From positions 6,338-70,337 of the forward strand of contig JAEUNU010000140.1 of the NCBI GenBank assembly GCA_016789125.1: DNA of 64,000 nucleotides, written 5' to 3'. Shown one piece after another: positions 51,422 to 64,000 of the stretch. Origin of the DNA: Zoogloea sp. (GTDB taxonomy: Bacteria > Pseudomonadota > Gammaproteobacteria > Burkholderiales > Rhodocyclaceae). Both the position numbers and the translations under genes were made by a program. Under the pieces are notes generated by a model, which worked only from the letters and a program-made list of their open reading frames with translations, searched no databases and had not been told where the DNA came from. The first letter of the stretch is position 1. Each line of letters opens with the position of its first letter.

Positions 51422-52339
51422 TTACTTGGTGCCCTTGGCACCCTTCGCGGCGTCGGACGCAGGCGCCGAGCGGGCACCGGCGCCCTTGAGGTATTTGAAG
51501 AAATCGGAGCTCGGCTCGACCACCATCACGTCGGACTTGCTCTTGAAGCTGTTCCGGTAGGCCTCGAGGCTGCGGTAGAAGGCATAGAATTCCGGGCTCT
51601 GGCCGAAGGCCTGGGCGTAGATCGCCGATGCCTTGGCGTCACCCTCACCCTTGACGATCTGGGCCTGGCGATAGGCTTCGGCGACGATGACCTCGCGCTG
51701 CTTGTCGGCGTCGGCCTTGATCTTCTCGGCCTCGGCGCCGCCCTGCGAGCGCAGCTCGTTGGCAACCCGCTTCCGCTCGGCCTCCATACGACGGTAGACC
51801 GACTCGGACACCTCCGAAGGCAGATCGACGCGCTTCAGGCGCACGTCGACGATCTGCACGCCGATCTTGCGGGCATCGAGATCGGCCTTGATGCGCATGT
51901 CGTCCATGATCCGGTCACGCTCGCCGGACACCACTTCATGAACCGTCCGCTTGCCGAACTCCTCGCGGAGGCCGGCATTGACGGTCTGCTCGAGGCGGGT
52001 CTTGGCGCGGGTTTCGTCGCCACCCACCGAAATGTAATAGAGCTTGGGGTCGATGATCCGCCACTTGACGAACAAGTCCACCAGCACGTTCTTCTTCTCG
52101 GAGGTGATGAAGCGCTCGGGCTCGGTGGTGTCCAGGGTCAGGATCCGTTTGTCGAAGTAGCGGACGTTCTGGATGAGAGGAATCTTGAAATGCAGGCCGG
52201 GATCGCTGATCTGATCCTTAACCTCCCCCAGCTGAAACACCAGCGCGTGCTGACGCTGATCCACGGTAAACAGACTCATCGAAAGGATCGCGAAGACGAA
52301 CAGGCCGACTCCGGCCAACAAAGGCAAACGTTCACGCAT
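51422..52339 (-). CDS. hflC: FtsH modulator HflC
   Basis: SPFH domain, RMEAER and PEFYAFYRSLEAY. Confidence 0.95.
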   Translation of the reverse strand: MRERLPLLAGVGLFVFAILSMSLFTVDQRQHALVFQLGEVKDQISDPGLHFKIPLIQNVRYFDKRILTLDTTEPERFITSEKKNVLVDLFVKWRIIDPKLYYISVGGDETRAKTRLEQTVNAGLREEFGKRTVHEVVSGERDRIMDDMRIKADLDARKIGVQIVDVRLKRVDLPSEVSESVYRRMEAERKRVANELRSQGGAEAEKIKADADKQREVIVAEAYRQAQIVKGEGDAKASAIYAQAFGQSPEFYAFYRSLEAYRNSFKSKSDVMVVEPSSDFFKYLKGAGARSAPASDAAKGAKGTK

Positions 52340-53616
52340 CAGCGCTCTCCCCGCTCGCGGTTACGAATCGATTCACGGGTGCTGCGTGCCTCGCCGGACA
52401 AGGCGTCTACCCGCGGCGGGGAAACGTTGCTCTCGGGCATGCCGGGAACCGTGGCGGGACGGCCGGGCTGGGCCACGGCATCGGCAGCCGGCGTGCTGGC
52501 GGCCGGCGAAGCCGTGCTTTGGATCAGCTTGTCGAGGGGCAGATACAGCAGATTGCCGCTGCCACGCGAGTCGACCAGCACCTTGGAGCTGTTGGAGAAC
52601 ACCTGCTGCATCGTCTCGATGTACATGCGCTGACGGGTGACCTCGGGGGCCTTGGCGTACTCGGCATACACCTGCTTGAAGCGCGACGCATCACCTTCGG
52701 CCTGGGCCACCACGCGGCCCTTGTAGGCCTCGGACTCCTCGATCAGGCGCGATGCGGCACCGCGGGCGCGGGGAATCACGTCGTTGGCGTAGGCCTGACC
52801 TTCGTTCTTCTGGCGCTCACGGTCCTGGCCGGCTTGCACGGCGTCGTCGAACGCGGCCTGCACCTGCTCGGGCGGCTGGGCGTTCTGCATCGTGACCTTG
52901 CTTACCTGGATGCCGGTGGCGTAGCGGTCAAGGATTTCCTGGGTCAGCTTCTGGGCGTTGGCCGCCACCTGCTCCCGCCCCTCGTAGAGCACGAAGTCCA
53001 TCTTGCTCTTGCCGACGATCTCCCGCACCGCGGTCTCGGCCGCCTGGATGACCGAGTCGTCTGCGTTGCGGTTGTTGAACAGGTATTGCTGCGGATCCTT
53101 GAGGACGTACTGCACGGCAAACTGGATGTTCACGATGTTCTCGTCATCGGTGAGCATCAGCGCCTCCTTGAGAACCTTGTTGCGCTCGGAACCGCGGTAG
53201 CCGATCTCGACCGTGCGCACGCCGGTGAGGTTCACCAGCTCGTGGGTCTGGATCGGGTACGGTAGCCGCCAGCGCAGGCCCGGCTCAGTGGCTTCCTGGA
53301 AGCGCCCGAACTGCAGCACGATGCCACGCTGGCTCGCGTCGACGATGTAAAAGCCGCTGGCGAGCCAGATCACCGCGGCAAATGCCGCGATCAGGCCAAT
53401 GCCGCCACCGAACTGGCGGAAGTTGAACTCGGGCAGCCTGCCGCCGCCGTCACCGTCGCCAGAGCCACCGCCCCTGCCGGGGGTCTTGCCGAACATGCCG
53501 GAAAGACGACGATTGAAATCGCGCCACAACTCGTCGAGGTCGGGAGGCCCCTGGTTGCCGTCGCCGCCGCGGTTGTCACCGCCGCCCTTGCCCCATTTGG
53601 GGTCGTTTAGAGACAT
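52339..53616 (-). CDS. hflK: FtsH modulator HflK
   Basis: MSLNDPKWG, GPPDLDE, MLTDDENIV and LYLPLDKL. Confidence 0.95.
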   Translation of the reverse strand: MSLNDPKWGKGGGDNRGGDGNQGPPDLDELWRDFNRRLSGMFGKTPGRGGGSGDGDGGGRLPEFNFRQFGGGIGLIAAFAAVIWLASGFYIVDASQRGIVLQFGRFQEATEPGLRWRLPYPIQTHELVNLTGVRTVEIGYRGSERNKVLKEALMLTDDENIVNIQFAVQYVLKDPQQYLFNNRNADDSVIQAAETAVREIVGKSKMDFVLYEGREQVAANAQKLTQEILDRYATGIQVSKVTMQNAQPPEQVQAAFDDAVQAGQDRERQKNEGQAYANDVIPRARGAASRLIEESEAYKGRVVAQAEGDASRFKQVYAEYAKAPEVTRQRMYIETMQQVFSNSSKVLVDSRGSGNLLYLPLDKLIQSTASPAASTPAADAVAQPGRPATVPGMPESNVSPPRVDALSGEARSTRESIRNRERGER

Positions 53617-53701
53617 GAGGATGCCTGAGATCACGGTGAAAATCTGCTCCGGGATATGTCGTGAATGCGGAGATAGTACGACTTTGAATGCGGACGCGGG
53701 T

Positions 53702-54835
53702 TCAACCGGCCTGTGCCGCGGCTGAAATGGCGGCAAGCTCTGCCTTGTGTGCCAGCGCCACGTCGGCGAGCACCTCACGTAGCAGGTCGAGACCTTCGCC
53801 CGTCCTGGCGCTAAGCAAAACGCGCGAGATCTTACCACAAGCGTCCCGCTGGACTTCTGGACTCGCCAGCGTGGCGTCTATCTTGTTCCAGATCTGGATC
53901 TGGGGAAGGCTGCCCGCCCCGATCTCCTCCAGCACCCCATTCACGGCGGCGATCTGCCCTTCGCGGTCCTCGCTGGCCGAATCGACGACGTGGAGCAGCA
54001 GATCTGCCGAGATCGTCTCTTCGAGGGTTGCATGAAAGGCGGCAACCAGCGAATGGGGCAGGTCACGAATGAAACCGACGGTATCCGACAACACAACGTT
54101 GCCCGCCTCGCCCAGGAAGAGCCGGCGGGAGGTGGTGTCGAGGGTCGCAAAGAGCTGATCCGCAGCGTAGGCCCCGGCCTTGGTCAGCGCATTGAACAGG
54201 GTGGACTTGCCGGCGTTGGTATAGCCGACCAGCGAGATCGTCAGCACTTCACGACGCTCCCGGGCACGCCGCCTGACGGCCCGCTGGCGCTCCAGGGTCG
54301 CCAGCCTGGACTTGAGCAGCTTGACCCGCTCGCCCAGCAGGCGGCGGTCGGTTTCAAGCTGCTTCTCGCCCGGGCCCCGCAGGCCGATGCCGCCCTTCTG
54401 GCGCTCCAGGTGGGTCCAGCCCCGCACCAGCCGGGTGGACAGATGCTGGAGCTGGGCCAGTTCGACCTGCAACTTCCCTTCGTGGCTCTTGGCCCGGAGG
54501 GCGAAAATGTCGAGGATCAGCGCCGAGCGATCGACGACGCGGCAATTGAGCTTGCGCTCGAGGTTGCGCTGCTGCGCGGCCGTGATGTCGTGATTGAAGA
54601 TCACGATGTCGGCTTCGTTCGACTGCGCCACGAAGCCGATCTCATCCGCCTTTCCCTTGCCGACAAAATGCGCCGGGTCGGGCGCCTGCCGCTTGGCCTG
54701 AACCACCCCGACGACGCTGGCGCCGGCGCTCTCGGCAAGCAAGGTGATCTCGGCCAGGCGCTCGTCGAGACTACCCTGGCCGAAATCGACCTGCACCAGG
54801 AGCGCACGGGTTCCGGCAGCGGGCCTTTCAAACAC
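53702..54835 (-). CDS. hflX: GTPase HflX
   Basis: GPGEKQLETDRR, GYTNAGKST and DTVGFI. Confidence 0.96.
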   Translation of the reverse strand: MFERPAAGTRALLVQVDFGQGSLDERLAEITLLAESAGASVVGVVQAKRQAPDPAHFVGKGKADEIGFVAQSNEADIVIFNHDITAAQQRNLERKLNCRVVDRSALILDIFALRAKSHEGKLQVELAQLQHLSTRLVRGWTHLERQKGGIGLRGPGEKQLETDRRLLGERVKLLKSRLATLERQRAVRRRARERREVLTISLVGYTNAGKSTLFNALTKAGAYAADQLFATLDTTSRRLFLGEAGNVVLSDTVGFIRDLPHSLVAAFHATLEETISADLLLHVVDSASEDREGQIAAVNGVLEEIGAGSLPQIQIWNKIDATLASPEVQRDACGKISRVLLSARTGEGLDLLREVLADVALAHKAELAAISAAAQAG

Positions 54836-54898
54836 GTGGGCTCCCGGATCGAGAGAGACCGTGACGCGGCCGGTTCAAGAAATGATCGCGCGTCTGAA

Positions 54899-55141
54899 TC
54901 AGCTGGCCGCCTCGTTCTGTTCCTGCTGGATATTGACCGGGCGCGCCGGCACGACGGTGGAGATGGCGTGCTTGTAGACCATCTGCGTCACGGTGTTCTT
55001 CAGCAGCACGACGTACTGGTCGAAGGACTCGACCTGGCCTTGCAATTTGATCCCGTTCACGAGGTAGATGGAAACCGGAACGTGCTCACGCCGCAGGGCA
55101 TTAAGAAAGGGATCCTGAAGAAGTTGCCCCTTGTTGCTCAT
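54899..55141 (-). CDS. hfq: RNA chaperone Hfq
   Basis: [20 protein letters not shown] and YKHAIST. Confidence 0.97.
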   Translation of the reverse strand: MSNKGQLLQDPFLNALRREHVPVSIYLVNGIKLQGQVESFDQYVVLLKNTVTQMVYKHAISTVVPARPVNIQQEQNEAAS

Positions 55142-55240
55142 GTTAGAACCTCTATGGTTATAGTTTGGAATAATTATAGAGCGATTTGCTGCATCGCAAC
55201 ACGAACAAACAGATCGCTCACTGGTGTGGAATGGGGTTCT

Positions 55241-56569
55241 TTAAACCTTGCCTGCAAAAGGGTTATGTGAGGACTTGAATTGTATCCTCAACGGTGTGCC
55301 CTGCAATTTGAATGCCTCGAGAAAGCTGCGCTCGAGGTATCGAACATAAGACGCCGGCACGTGATCGAGCGCGCTGCCATGCACGACGATGATTGGCGGG
55401 TTCATCCCGCCCTGGTGGGCGTAGCGCATCTTGGGGCGGAAGCCGCCGTGCCGCGGCGGCTGTTGCTTCAGCGTGGCATCGAGGAGCAGGCGGGTCAGCT
55501 TGGGAGTGGCCAGCTTGGTCATCGCCGCGGCGTAGGCCCCATCAACAGCCTTCAGCATCGGCACGATACCCTGCCCCTTCAGCGCCGACACGTACAGGAA
55601 CTTGGCAAAACCGAGGAACGGCAGCTTGCGCTCGATGTCTTCCTTGATGCGCTGGCGACGATAGTCGTCGACGCTGTCCCATTTGTTCACGGCAACGACC
55701 AGCGCGCGGCCGGCCTCGACCACGAAACCGCCGATATGGGCGTCCTGATCGGAGATCTCCTGGCTCGCGTCGAGCACCAGCACCACCACGTTGGCCTGCT
55801 CGACCGCCTGCAGGGTCTTGATCACCGAGAACTTCTCGACGGCCTCGAAGACCTTGCCACGCCGGCGCAGGCCGGCGGTGTCGATCAGGGTGTAGTGCTT
55901 GCCGTTGCGCTCGAAGGGCACCTCGATGGCGTCCCGCGTGGTGCCCGGCATGTCGAAGGCGATCACCCGCTCTTCGCCGATCAGCGTGTTCACCAGGGTG
56001 GATTTGCCCACGTTCGGCCGGCCGACGATAGCCACGCGGGGGCCCTTCTCGTCGGCTTCGTCGTCTTCTTCGTCGGCGGGGAAGGACTCGAGAACGAGCT
56101 CCATCAGCGCGTGCACGTTATCGCCGTGGGCCGACGAGATGCACAGCGGGTCGCCAAGCCCGAGGGCGTGGAACTCCGCTGAGACAACCGCGCGGTTCAT
56201 GCCTTCGGCCTTGTTGACCACCAGGAAGGTCGGGCGACCGGCCCGGCGCAGGCGCGCGGCGATCTGCTCGTCGTGGGGCGTCAGGCCGTTGCGGGCGTCG
56301 ACCATGAACAGCAGCGCATCGGCTTCGGCGATGGCCTGCTCGGCCTGCTTGGCCATTTCATGGACAATGCCTTCCTTGGCGACCGGGTCGAAGCCGGCGG
56401 TGTCGACCACCAGGAACTCCCGCTCGGCGACACGCCCGAGGCCGTAGCGACGGTCGCGGGTGAGGCCGGGAAAGTCTGCAACCAACGCATCGCGGGTCTT
56501 GGTGAGACGGTTGAAGAGGGTGGATTTGCCCACGTTGGGGCGTCCAACGAGGACGAGGGTAGGTTTCAC
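55241..56569 (-). CDS. der: Ribosome biogenesis GTPase Der
   Basis: Two GRPNVGKS domains and a KH-like C-terminus. Confidence 0.97.
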   Translation of the reverse strand: MKPTLVLVGRPNVGKSTLFNRLTKTRDALVADFPGLTRDRRYGLGRVAEREFLVVDTAGFDPVAKEGIVHEMAKQAEQAIAEADALLFMVDARNGLTPHDEQIAARLRRAGRPTFLVVNKAEGMNRAVVSAEFHALGLGDPLCISSAHGDNVHALMELVLESFPADEEDDEADEKGPRVAIVGRPNVGKSTLVNTLIGEERVIAFDMPGTTRDAIEVPFERNGKHYTLIDTAGLRRRGKVFEAVEKFSVIKTLQAVEQANVVVLVLDASQEISDQDAHIGGFVVEAGRALVVAVNKWDSVDDYRRQRIKEDIERKLPFLGFAKFLYVSALKGQGIVPMLKAVDGAYAAAMTKLATPKLTRLLLDATLKQQPPRHGGFRPKMRYAHQGGMNPPIIVVHGSALDHVPASYVRYLERSFLEAFKLQGTPLRIQFKSSHNPFAGKV

Positions 56570-56590
56570 GCCAGGGTGACTCCCTTAGTG

Positions 56591-57724
56591 TTACTGCACG
56601 CCAACGGCCTGGATGCTGCCATTGCGTGTCTGGATGACGACGTCGCCGCCCGCTTTTTGCGGGTCGGCGAGAATCGGACTGGAATCGACGCGGTGGCGGC
56701 CTGCGAGGCTGCCGTCGTCTTTCCGGAGGAGATGCACATAACCTTCGATGTCGCCGACGACGACGTACTCCCCCACGATGCGCGGGCGACCGGGGCTGCG
56801 CCCGGCCAGCTGGTCCTGCTTCCAGACGCTGGCGCCGTTGGCGAGGTCGAGCGCATGGATGGCGCCCTTCTCGTCGGTCACGAAGACGTTGCGGTCGTCG
56901 AGGTCGAGGCCCCTGGAGCTCGACAGGTCACGCGTCCACAAGGTGGAGCCGTTGCTCATGTCGAAGCAGGCGACCCGCCCCTGGAAGGCCACCGCGCAAG
57001 TGGCGCGCGGTGTCATCACGGGCAGGCTGGTGATGTCGGCCACCCGTTCGAGCTCGGTTGCCCCGCGCGGGACGGCGACGGTGCCCTCCCAGGCCAGGCT
57101 GCCGTTGGCACCATTGACGGCAACGAGCTTGCCGCCCGGATAACCGGCGATGATGAAGTTGCCCTCCATCACCACGCCTGCAGCGTTGCGCAGCGCCAGC
57201 GGGGGCGTGGCACGCTGGTAAGTCCAGCGACGCTTGCCGTCCGACGCATCGAGGCCGAAGAGGCGGCTGTCAGCACTGCGCACCACCACCATGCCGCCCG
57301 AGACGGCCGGGGCGGCGAGCACTTCGGCGTTGATGAGCGTGCGCCACCGAACCTGCCCGGTCTCGGCATCGAGGGCAATGACCTCGCCCTTCGGCGTGCC
57401 CACCGCGACGAGCTTGCCGTCGGAGCCGACCCCGCCGGACACGGTGGTCTTGAGGGGCGCCTTCCAGACCGTGCGACCGGACTCGATCCGCACCACCTCG
57501 CCATCCTTGCCGGAGGCAAACACCGCACCGCTGCTGATCGCCGGCTGAAACACGAAGACGCCGGCATCGTCGACGCGGGCGCGCCAGCTCTCGCTCATCC
57601 TGACCGGATTGCTCAGGGGCTTGAGCGCCGGCGGCTTGCCTTCCGACGAAAAAGGGTTCAGCGAGCTGCAGGCCGACAGCACGAGCGCGCCAGCCAGGCT
57701 CAACGCCAGCCGGTGGCGCCTCAT
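56591..57724 (-). CDS. bamB: Outer membrane assembly lipoprotein BamB
   Basis: Lipobox LSAC, PQQ-like propeller repeats and PRGATELER. Lies between yfgM and der. Confidence 0.92.
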   Translation of the reverse strand: MRRHRLALSLAGALVLSACSSLNPFSSEGKPPALKPLSNPVRMSESWRARVDDAGVFVFQPAISSGAVFASGKDGEVVRIESGRTVWKAPLKTTVSGGVGSDGKLVAVGTPKGEVIALDAETGQVRWRTLINAEVLAAPAVSGGMVVVRSADSRLFGLDASDGKRRWTYQRATPPLALRNAAGVVMEGNFIIAGYPGGKLVAVNGANGSLAWEGTVAVPRGATELERVADITSLPVMTPRATCAVAFQGRVACFDMSNGSTLWTRDLSSSRGLDLDDRNVFVTDEKGAIHALDLANGASVWKQDQLAGRSPGRPRIVGEYVVVGDIEGYVHLLRKDDGSLAGRHRVDSSPILADPQKAGGDVVIQTRNGSIQAVGVQ

Positions 57725-58374
57725 TGCGCACCCCCGACCGCGTCGAGCTTGGCCTGGGCGATCTCGCGCAGCGCCGCCGACTCGCTCTTGGTCGCAGTCT
57801 CGAGGGCGCTCACCACGGACTTGTAGGCTGCGCGGGCTTCCTCGCGCTTGCCCTGGGCGAGCAGGATGTCGCCCTTGAGATCGGCGAAGCGCGCCTTCAG
57901 GCTGTCGTCGGTCGGCGCCTGAAGCTGCGCCAGGGCCTCGTCGTAGGCCTTGTCGTCGAACATCACGGTGGCGAGGCGCAGGCGGGCCAGCTCCCGCAGG
58001 GCGGGGTCGCTGGCGTTGCTCGCCGCCCAGGCAAGCGGCACCCGAGCGTTCTTGAGATCGCCGGCTTCGGCCTGAACCTTGGCCGACAGCAGCGCGGCCA
58101 TGTCGGCGTAGGCGGTGCCGTTGTATTTTTCGAGGAGGGTGCCGGCCGCCTCGCGGGCCTTCTGGGTGTTCCTCTCGCTGGCGGCCTTCTGCAGCACGCC
58201 GTACAGCGCCGACGCCTCGGCACTCTGCTTGCCCTGGTACCACTGCCAGCCCTGCCAGCCCACCGAGGCGATGGCGGCAGCCACAGCGACGCCGGTCACG
58301 AGAGTGCCGAACTGCTCCCACCAGCCCTTGATCTGGGAAATCTGTTCCTGCTCTTCGAGGTCAAATGCTGCCAT
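57721..58374 (-). CDS. yfgM: YfgM family TPR protein
   Basis: DLEEQEQ..WW, LARLRLA and [11 protein letters not shown]. Confidence 0.88.
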   Translation of the reverse strand: MAAFDLEEQEQISQIKGWWEQFGTLVTGVAVAAAIASVGWQGWQWYQGKQSAEASALYGVLQKAASERNTQKAREAAGTLLEKYNGTAYADMAALLSAKVQAEAGDLKNARVPLAWAASNASDPALRELARLRLATVMFDDKAYDEALAQLQAPTDDSLKARFADLKGDILLAQGKREEARAAYKSVVSALETATKSESAALREIAQAKLDAVGGAQ

Positions 58375-59656
58375 CGTCTTCTTCCGATTCGATCAGGCGA
58401 TCCGCCAGGGTTTCCGGGAGCACGTCCATGGGGACGCGGATTTGTTCACCACCGTCGCGCAGGGGCTTGAGGCTGACTTCGCCGGCCGCTGCCTCGTCGT
58501 CGCCGATCACCACGGCGAAGGGTGCGCCGGAGGCATCGGCCCGCTTCATCTGCGACTTGAAGCTGCCACCACCGCAGTGCAGCGTGACCGCAAAGCCGGT
58601 GCCGCGCAAGCCTTCGGCGACGCGGAAGGCGGCCCGCTGGGCGGCCTCTCCGGCGTGCACCAGATAGACATCGGGCACCACGCGCTCGGCCTGGCCTCCG
58701 GACTCCTGCCACAGCGCCAGCAGACGCTCGACCCCCATCGCGAAGCCCGCCGCCGGCGCCGGCTTGCCGCCGAGCTGGGCGACGAGGCCGTCGTAACGAC
58801 CGCCGGCACAGATCGTGCCCTGGGCGCCGAGCCGGGTCGTGACCCACTCGAAGACCGTGCGGTTGTAGTAATCGAGGCCACGCACCAGGCGGTGATTGAT
58901 GCGGTACGGCAGGCCGGCATCCTTGAGGATGGTCTGCACGCCGTCGAAGTGCTTGAGCGACTCTTCGCCGAGGAAGTCGGCAAGCTTGGGCGCGGCCTCG
59001 ACGATGCCCTGGAGGTCGGGGTTCTTGGTGTCGAGGATGCGCAGCGGGTTGGTGTACAGGCGGCGCTGGCCGTCCTCGTCGAGGCTGTCCTTGTAGCCCT
59101 CTAGGTAGGCGATCAGCGCGGCCCGGTGGGCTGCTCGCTCCTCGCTGCTGCCGAGCGAGTTGATCTCGAGCTTGACGTCTTCGAGGCCGAGGTCGTCCCA
59201 CAGCCGGGCGCACATCAGGATGTGCTCGGCGTCGATGTCGGGCCCGTCGAAACCGAGGGCTTCCACGCCAACCTGATGGAACTGGCGGTAGCGGCCCTTC
59301 TGGGGACGCTCGTGACGGAACATCGGACCCTGGTAGTACAGGCGCCGCGGGTTGCCGAACAGCAGGTTGTGCTGGATAGCCGCCCGCACGCACGACGCCG
59401 TGCCTTCGGGGCGCAGGGTGAGGTGCTCGCCGTTGAGGGCGTCCTCGAAGGAGTACATTTCCTTCTCGACGATGTCGGTGACTTCGCCGATCGCCCGCTT
59501 GAACAGCGGTGTCGGCTCGACGATGGGCATGCGGATGGGGCGGTAGCCGTAGCTGTGCAGCCAGTCGCGGACGATGTCCTCGAACTGCTCCCAGACTTCG
59601 GCGTCGTCGGGCAGGATGTCGTTCATCCCGCGCACGGCCTGGAGGGTCTTGCTCAT
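58361..59656 (-). CDS. hisS: Histidine-tRNA ligase
   Basis: [28 protein letters not shown] and VRGLDYY. Confidence 0.97.
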   Translation of the reverse strand: MSKTLQAVRGMNDILPDDAEVWEQFEDIVRDWLHSYGYRPIRMPIVEPTPLFKRAIGEVTDIVEKEMYSFEDALNGEHLTLRPEGTASCVRAAIQHNLLFGNPRRLYYQGPMFRHERPQKGRYRQFHQVGVEALGFDGPDIDAEHILMCARLWDDLGLEDVKLEINSLGSSEERAAHRAALIAYLEGYKDSLDEDGQRRLYTNPLRILDTKNPDLQGIVEAAPKLADFLGEESLKHFDGVQTILKDAGLPYRINHRLVRGLDYYNRTVFEWVTTRLGAQGTICAGGRYDGLVAQLGGKPAPAAGFAMGVERLLALWQESGGQAERVVPDVYLVHAGEAAQRAAFRVAEGLRGTGFAVTLHCGGGSFKSQMKRADASGAPFAVVIGDDEAAAGEVSLKPLRDGGEQIRVPMDVLPETLADRLIESEEDDGSI

Positions 59657-59687
59657 GATTCCCTTTGTTGTTCTGATCGGCGCGGGC

Positions 59688-60949
<1,262 letters not shown>

Positions 60950-60953
<4 letters not shown>

Positions 60954-61858
60954 TCTAGCTTGAGACGCCCGACCGTCACCTTGCCGGGCGTCGGGATGTC
61001 GATGGCGGTGCCGTTGCGTTGGAGCTTCACGTGGCGGGCGTTGCCGACAACGAGGGAAACAGGCGCGGAGACGACGACCTCCTCCTGGGAACCCGCCTTG
61101 CCCAGGCGAGAGAAGACGACCTTGCCACCCTTGTCCTTGACCTCGACCCAGGCGTCCTGGGCGAACTGGAAGACGAGCCGGTCACGCCCCGCCTCGACCG
61201 CCGCCGGGGCCGGGGCAACCGCCGGAGCCGCCTCGGTGACGGTCGGGCTGACCGGCACCGGGACCCCGACCACAGCCGGGGCAGCAACGACCGGCGCGGA
61301 AGCGCTTTCGACGGCCTTGGGTGCCGGCTCGACCACCTGCGGCGGCACGGCGGGCGCTTCATTTGCAGCGGCGCCCGGCGGGGCTTCCGGCGCCGGGAGG
61401 GCAAGCTCCTCGGCCGGCTTCTTGCGGAGGGTGTCGTAGTACCAGCCGGCCACGACGATGCCGAACAGGGCCAGAGCTGCCAGCACGCCCGGGATCACTG
61501 AGCGGCGGAACCGCCCTCGCCCCACCTGCGGCATGTCGCCGTGGGCGTTGGAGGCCGGCGCGAGCTCCATCGGCTCGCCGGCGTCCGGCGCCTGGAGGCC
61601 TGCCAGCAGCGGCGCCGCGTCGATCTTGAGCAGACGGGCGTAGTTGCGCAGGAAGCCCCGCGTGAAGGCGAGCCCCGGCAGCTGGGCAAAGCGGCCGGAT
61701 TCTAGAGCCTCGATCTGGCGCGGATTGAGCTTAAGCGCGTTGGCGACTTCGGAGATCGACAGGCCCTGGGCCTCGCGGGTTCGCCGCAGGGTGTCACCTA
61801 CCGATGTATCCTGGGTAAAGGTCGACACGGACGATGGCACGGCTTGGGAATCGGTCAC
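60950..61858 (-). CDS. rodZ: Cytoskeleton protein RodZ
   Basis: HTH ([17 protein letters not shown]), a TM helix and a C-terminal WVEV..VGNA domain. GTG start overlaps the pilW stop. Confidence 0.85.
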
Positions 61859-62664
61859 TGGTACTGCCCTTGCAAGAAAGCCTGGTATTCGGGAGAGCCG
61901 GGGAAGCGGCGGCGCAACTGCTGCACGAGGCTCGCCTCGGCCGCACGGTCGCCCAGCCGGCGCTCGATGCGGATGGCCAGCCAGAGGCTCTCGGCGGTCG
62001 GCTCGCCCGCCTGGTTGAGGGCCGACACGTAACGTTTCGCGGCCTCGTAGGCGCCACGCCGGTAGGCGATCCCCGCGAGGTGGAAGACGGCCTGGTGATT
62101 GCCGTTGTCGAGCTCGACCGCCCGCAGGAAGGCGCGCTCGGCGGCAGTGTCGTTGTTGAGCCGCAGCTGGCACAGGCCGACGTTGGCATGGGCCCGCGTA
62201 GGCGTCTGGTAATAGGGGTTGCGGGCGGCGGCCTGGAGCATCTCGATGCCGGCGGGCTCCTTGCCGGTGGAGCACAGGAACCAGCCGTAGCTGTTCTGGA
62301 TCTCGGGGTCGCCCGGCGCCAGCGACAGCGCGTGGGAGAAGTTGGCCTCGGCGATCGGGTTCTCTTCGAGGAACATATGCACCAGCCCCATCAGCTGGTA
62401 GGCCGGCGCATAGCGCGAGTCATACGAGAGCGCCGCCTTGGCTTCGTCGAGGGCCACGCCGTAGCGGCCGACCTGGAAATACGCCTGGCCGAGCTCGACA
62501 TGGACCTTCGCCTTGCCGCGGGCCTCGTCCTTGCCCACCGGCATCTCGGAAACCGGCCGCTCCATGCGAGCCAGCGAACCACCCGGCTGGGGCCCGACGC
62601 AGGCCCCCAGGGCGAGCACCGCCGGCAGCGCAAGCAGCAGGCGGGCGGCGAGAGAACGATTCAT
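61855..62664 (-). CDS. pilW: Type IV pilus biogenesis TPR lipoprotein PilW/PilF
   Basis: Lipobox [28 protein letters not shown] and FPGSPE. Confidence 0.9.
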   Translation of the reverse strand: MNRSLAARLLLALPAVLALGACVGPQPGGSLARMERPVSEMPVGKDEARGKAKVHVELGQAYFQVGRYGVALDEAKAALSYDSRYAPAYQLMGLVHMFLEENPIAEANFSHALSLAPGDPEIQNSYGWFLCSTGKEPAGIEMLQAAARNPYYQTPTRAHANVGLCQLRLNNDTAAERAFLRAVELDNGNHQAVFHLAGIAYRRGAYEAAKRYVSALNQAGEPTAESLWLAIRIERRLGDRAAEASLVQQLRRRFPGSPEYQAFLQGQYQ

Positions 62665-63767
62665 CGGGGCTGCTCCACGATGGGGACGATCCGCGACGCG
62701 ACCCGGCGCGTCTTGTCCGTGACCTGCCCTGCCAGCTGCCCGCAGGCCGCATCCACGTCGTCACCGCGCGTCTTGCGCGTCGTGGTGACGATACCGGCGT
62801 CGATCAGGATTTCGGCAAAGCGCTTGATGCGCGGCGCTGGAGAGCGGTCGAAACCCGAATTCGGGAAGGGGTTGAAGGGGATCAGGTTGAACTTGCACGG
62901 CACGTCGCGGGTGAGCGCGACGAGTTCGCGGGCGTGGGCGTCGCTGTCGTTCACGCCGTCGAGCATGACGTACTCGAAGGTGATGAAGTCGCGCGGCGCA
63001 CGCTCGAGGTAGCGCCGGCAGGCGGCCATCAGCTCGCGCAGCGGGTATTTCTGGTTGATCGGGACCAGCTTGTCGCGCAGCGCGTCGTTGGAGGCGTGCA
63101 GCGACACGGCCAGCGCCGTCGGGCAGGCGTCGCGCAGGCGATCCATGGCCGGCACGATGCCGGAAGTGGAAACGGTGACGCGGCGCCGCGAAAGTCCATA
63201 GGCGTTGTCGTCCAGCATCAGGTTGAGGGCCGACACGACGTTGTCGAAGTTGGCGAGGGGCTCGCCCATGCCCATCATGACCACGTTGCTGATGACCCGC
63301 TCGCCGTCGCCGTTGGCGCCGAGCATGCGGTTGGCGAGCCACAGCTGACCGATGATCTCGGCGGCGCTGAGGTTGCGGTTGAAGCCCTGCTTTCCGGTGG
63401 AGCAGAACGCGCAGTCGAGGGCGCAGCCGGCCTGGGACGAGATGCACAGGGTGCCGCGGTTGGTCTCGGGGATGAACACCGTCTCGACCGCGTTGGCGTT
63501 GCCCACGTCGAGCAGCCACTTGCGCGTACCGTCGGTGGAGATGCTGTCGCGCACCGGCACCGGCGGGGTGATGCAGGCCGTCGTTGCGAGCTTGGCCCGC
63601 AACGACTTGGCCACGTCGGTCATCTGGTCGAAATCGGTCGCGCCGAAGCGATGCACCCAACGGAGCACCTGTTTGGCACGGACTGGTTTCTCACCCTGCT
63701 GGACGAACCAGTCGGTGAGCGCTGCAGCATCGAAATCGAGAAGATTGACCACGTGTAATTCCATCAA
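62661..63767 (-). CDS. rlmN: Dual-specificity RNA methyltransferase RlmN
   Basis: [21 protein letters not shown] and AACGQL. Confidence 0.96.
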   Translation of the reverse strand: MMELHVVNLLDFDAAALTDWFVQQGEKPVRAKQVLRWVHRFGATDFDQMTDVAKSLRAKLATTACITPPVPVRDSISTDGTRKWLLDVGNANAVETVFIPETNRGTLCISSQAGCALDCAFCSTGKQGFNRNLSAAEIIGQLWLANRMLGANGDGERVISNVVMMGMGEPLANFDNVVSALNLMLDDNAYGLSRRRVTVSTSGIVPAMDRLRDACPTALAVSLHASNDALRDKLVPINQKYPLRELMAACRRYLERAPRDFITFEYVMLDGVNDSDAHARELVALTRDVPCKFNLIPFNPFPNSGFDRSPAPRIKRFAEILIDAGIVTTTRKTRGDDVDAACGQLAGQVTDKTRRVASRIVPIVEQPR

Positions 63768-63768
63768 G

Positions 63769-63801
63769 ACCGGCGGAAGAAAGGAGTTTCATCCCGCCGG
63801 T
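63769..63801. terminator. Hairpin between ndk and rlmN
   Basis: accggcgg...ccgccggt. Confidence 0.4.
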
Positions 63802-63809
63802 AGAGATCA

Positions 63810-64000
63810 TCAACGGCTGTAAACGTTCATGCCGGGGAAGAAGAAGGCGATTTCCACAGCGGCGGTTTCCGGCGCGTCGGAGCCATGCACGGCGTTGGCG
63901 TCGATGGACTCGGCGAAATCGGCACGGATGGTGCCCTTGTCGGCCTTCTTCGGGTCGGTGGCGCCCATCAGCTCGCGGTTCTTGGCGATGGCACTTTCAC
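63810..64000 (-). CDS. ndk: Nucleoside diphosphate kinase, 3' part (truncated by the window)
   Basis: Minus-strand translation ...[56 protein letters not shown]. Confidence 0.95.
   Translation of the reverse strand, partial: ESAIAKNRELMGATDPKKADKGTIRADFAESIDANAVHGSDAPETAAVEIAFFFPGMNVYSR

Overview
GC-rich chromosomal window from a betaproteobacterium. Gene content suggests Rhodocyclales (Zoogloea/Thauera/Azoarcus-like); this is an inference. There are four blocks. (1) 1-15 kb: a GT39 glycosyltransferase, then a ~1 kb non-coding stretch with a phased array of 12 palindromic 12-mers at 21/22-bp spacing and two inverted ~280-bp structured elements whose stems show compensatory substitutions. After it come rmuC, a YbbP-like ABC permease, an M20 amidohydrolase, an HDAC-family gene, a MoxR/VWA pair, an ODP-like di-iron MBL protein behind an FNR box, an orphan secreted protein, htpG (sigma32 promoter) and greB. 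(2) 15.1-41.2 kb: a minus-strand exosortase A (PEP-CTERM)-associated exopolysaccharide cluster running from wza to wzx, with an AAC(3)-family acetyltransferase and an uncharacterised alpha/alpha-barrel-like protein in its variable part. (3) 41.3-45 kb: a DUF1302-like outer-membrane protein, a LolD-like ATPase and a LolA-like protein with no permease, plus a HugZ-like gene. (4) 45-64 kb: conserved housekeeping genes ndk(partial)-rlmN-pilW-rodZ-ispG-hisS-yfgM-bamB-der-hfq-hflXKC-DUF2065-hisZ-purA, two identical tRNA-Leu(CAG), and rnr-rlmB. The least explained signal is the non-coding region 1430-2460. Protein family calls come from recognising motifs by eye, not from database searches.
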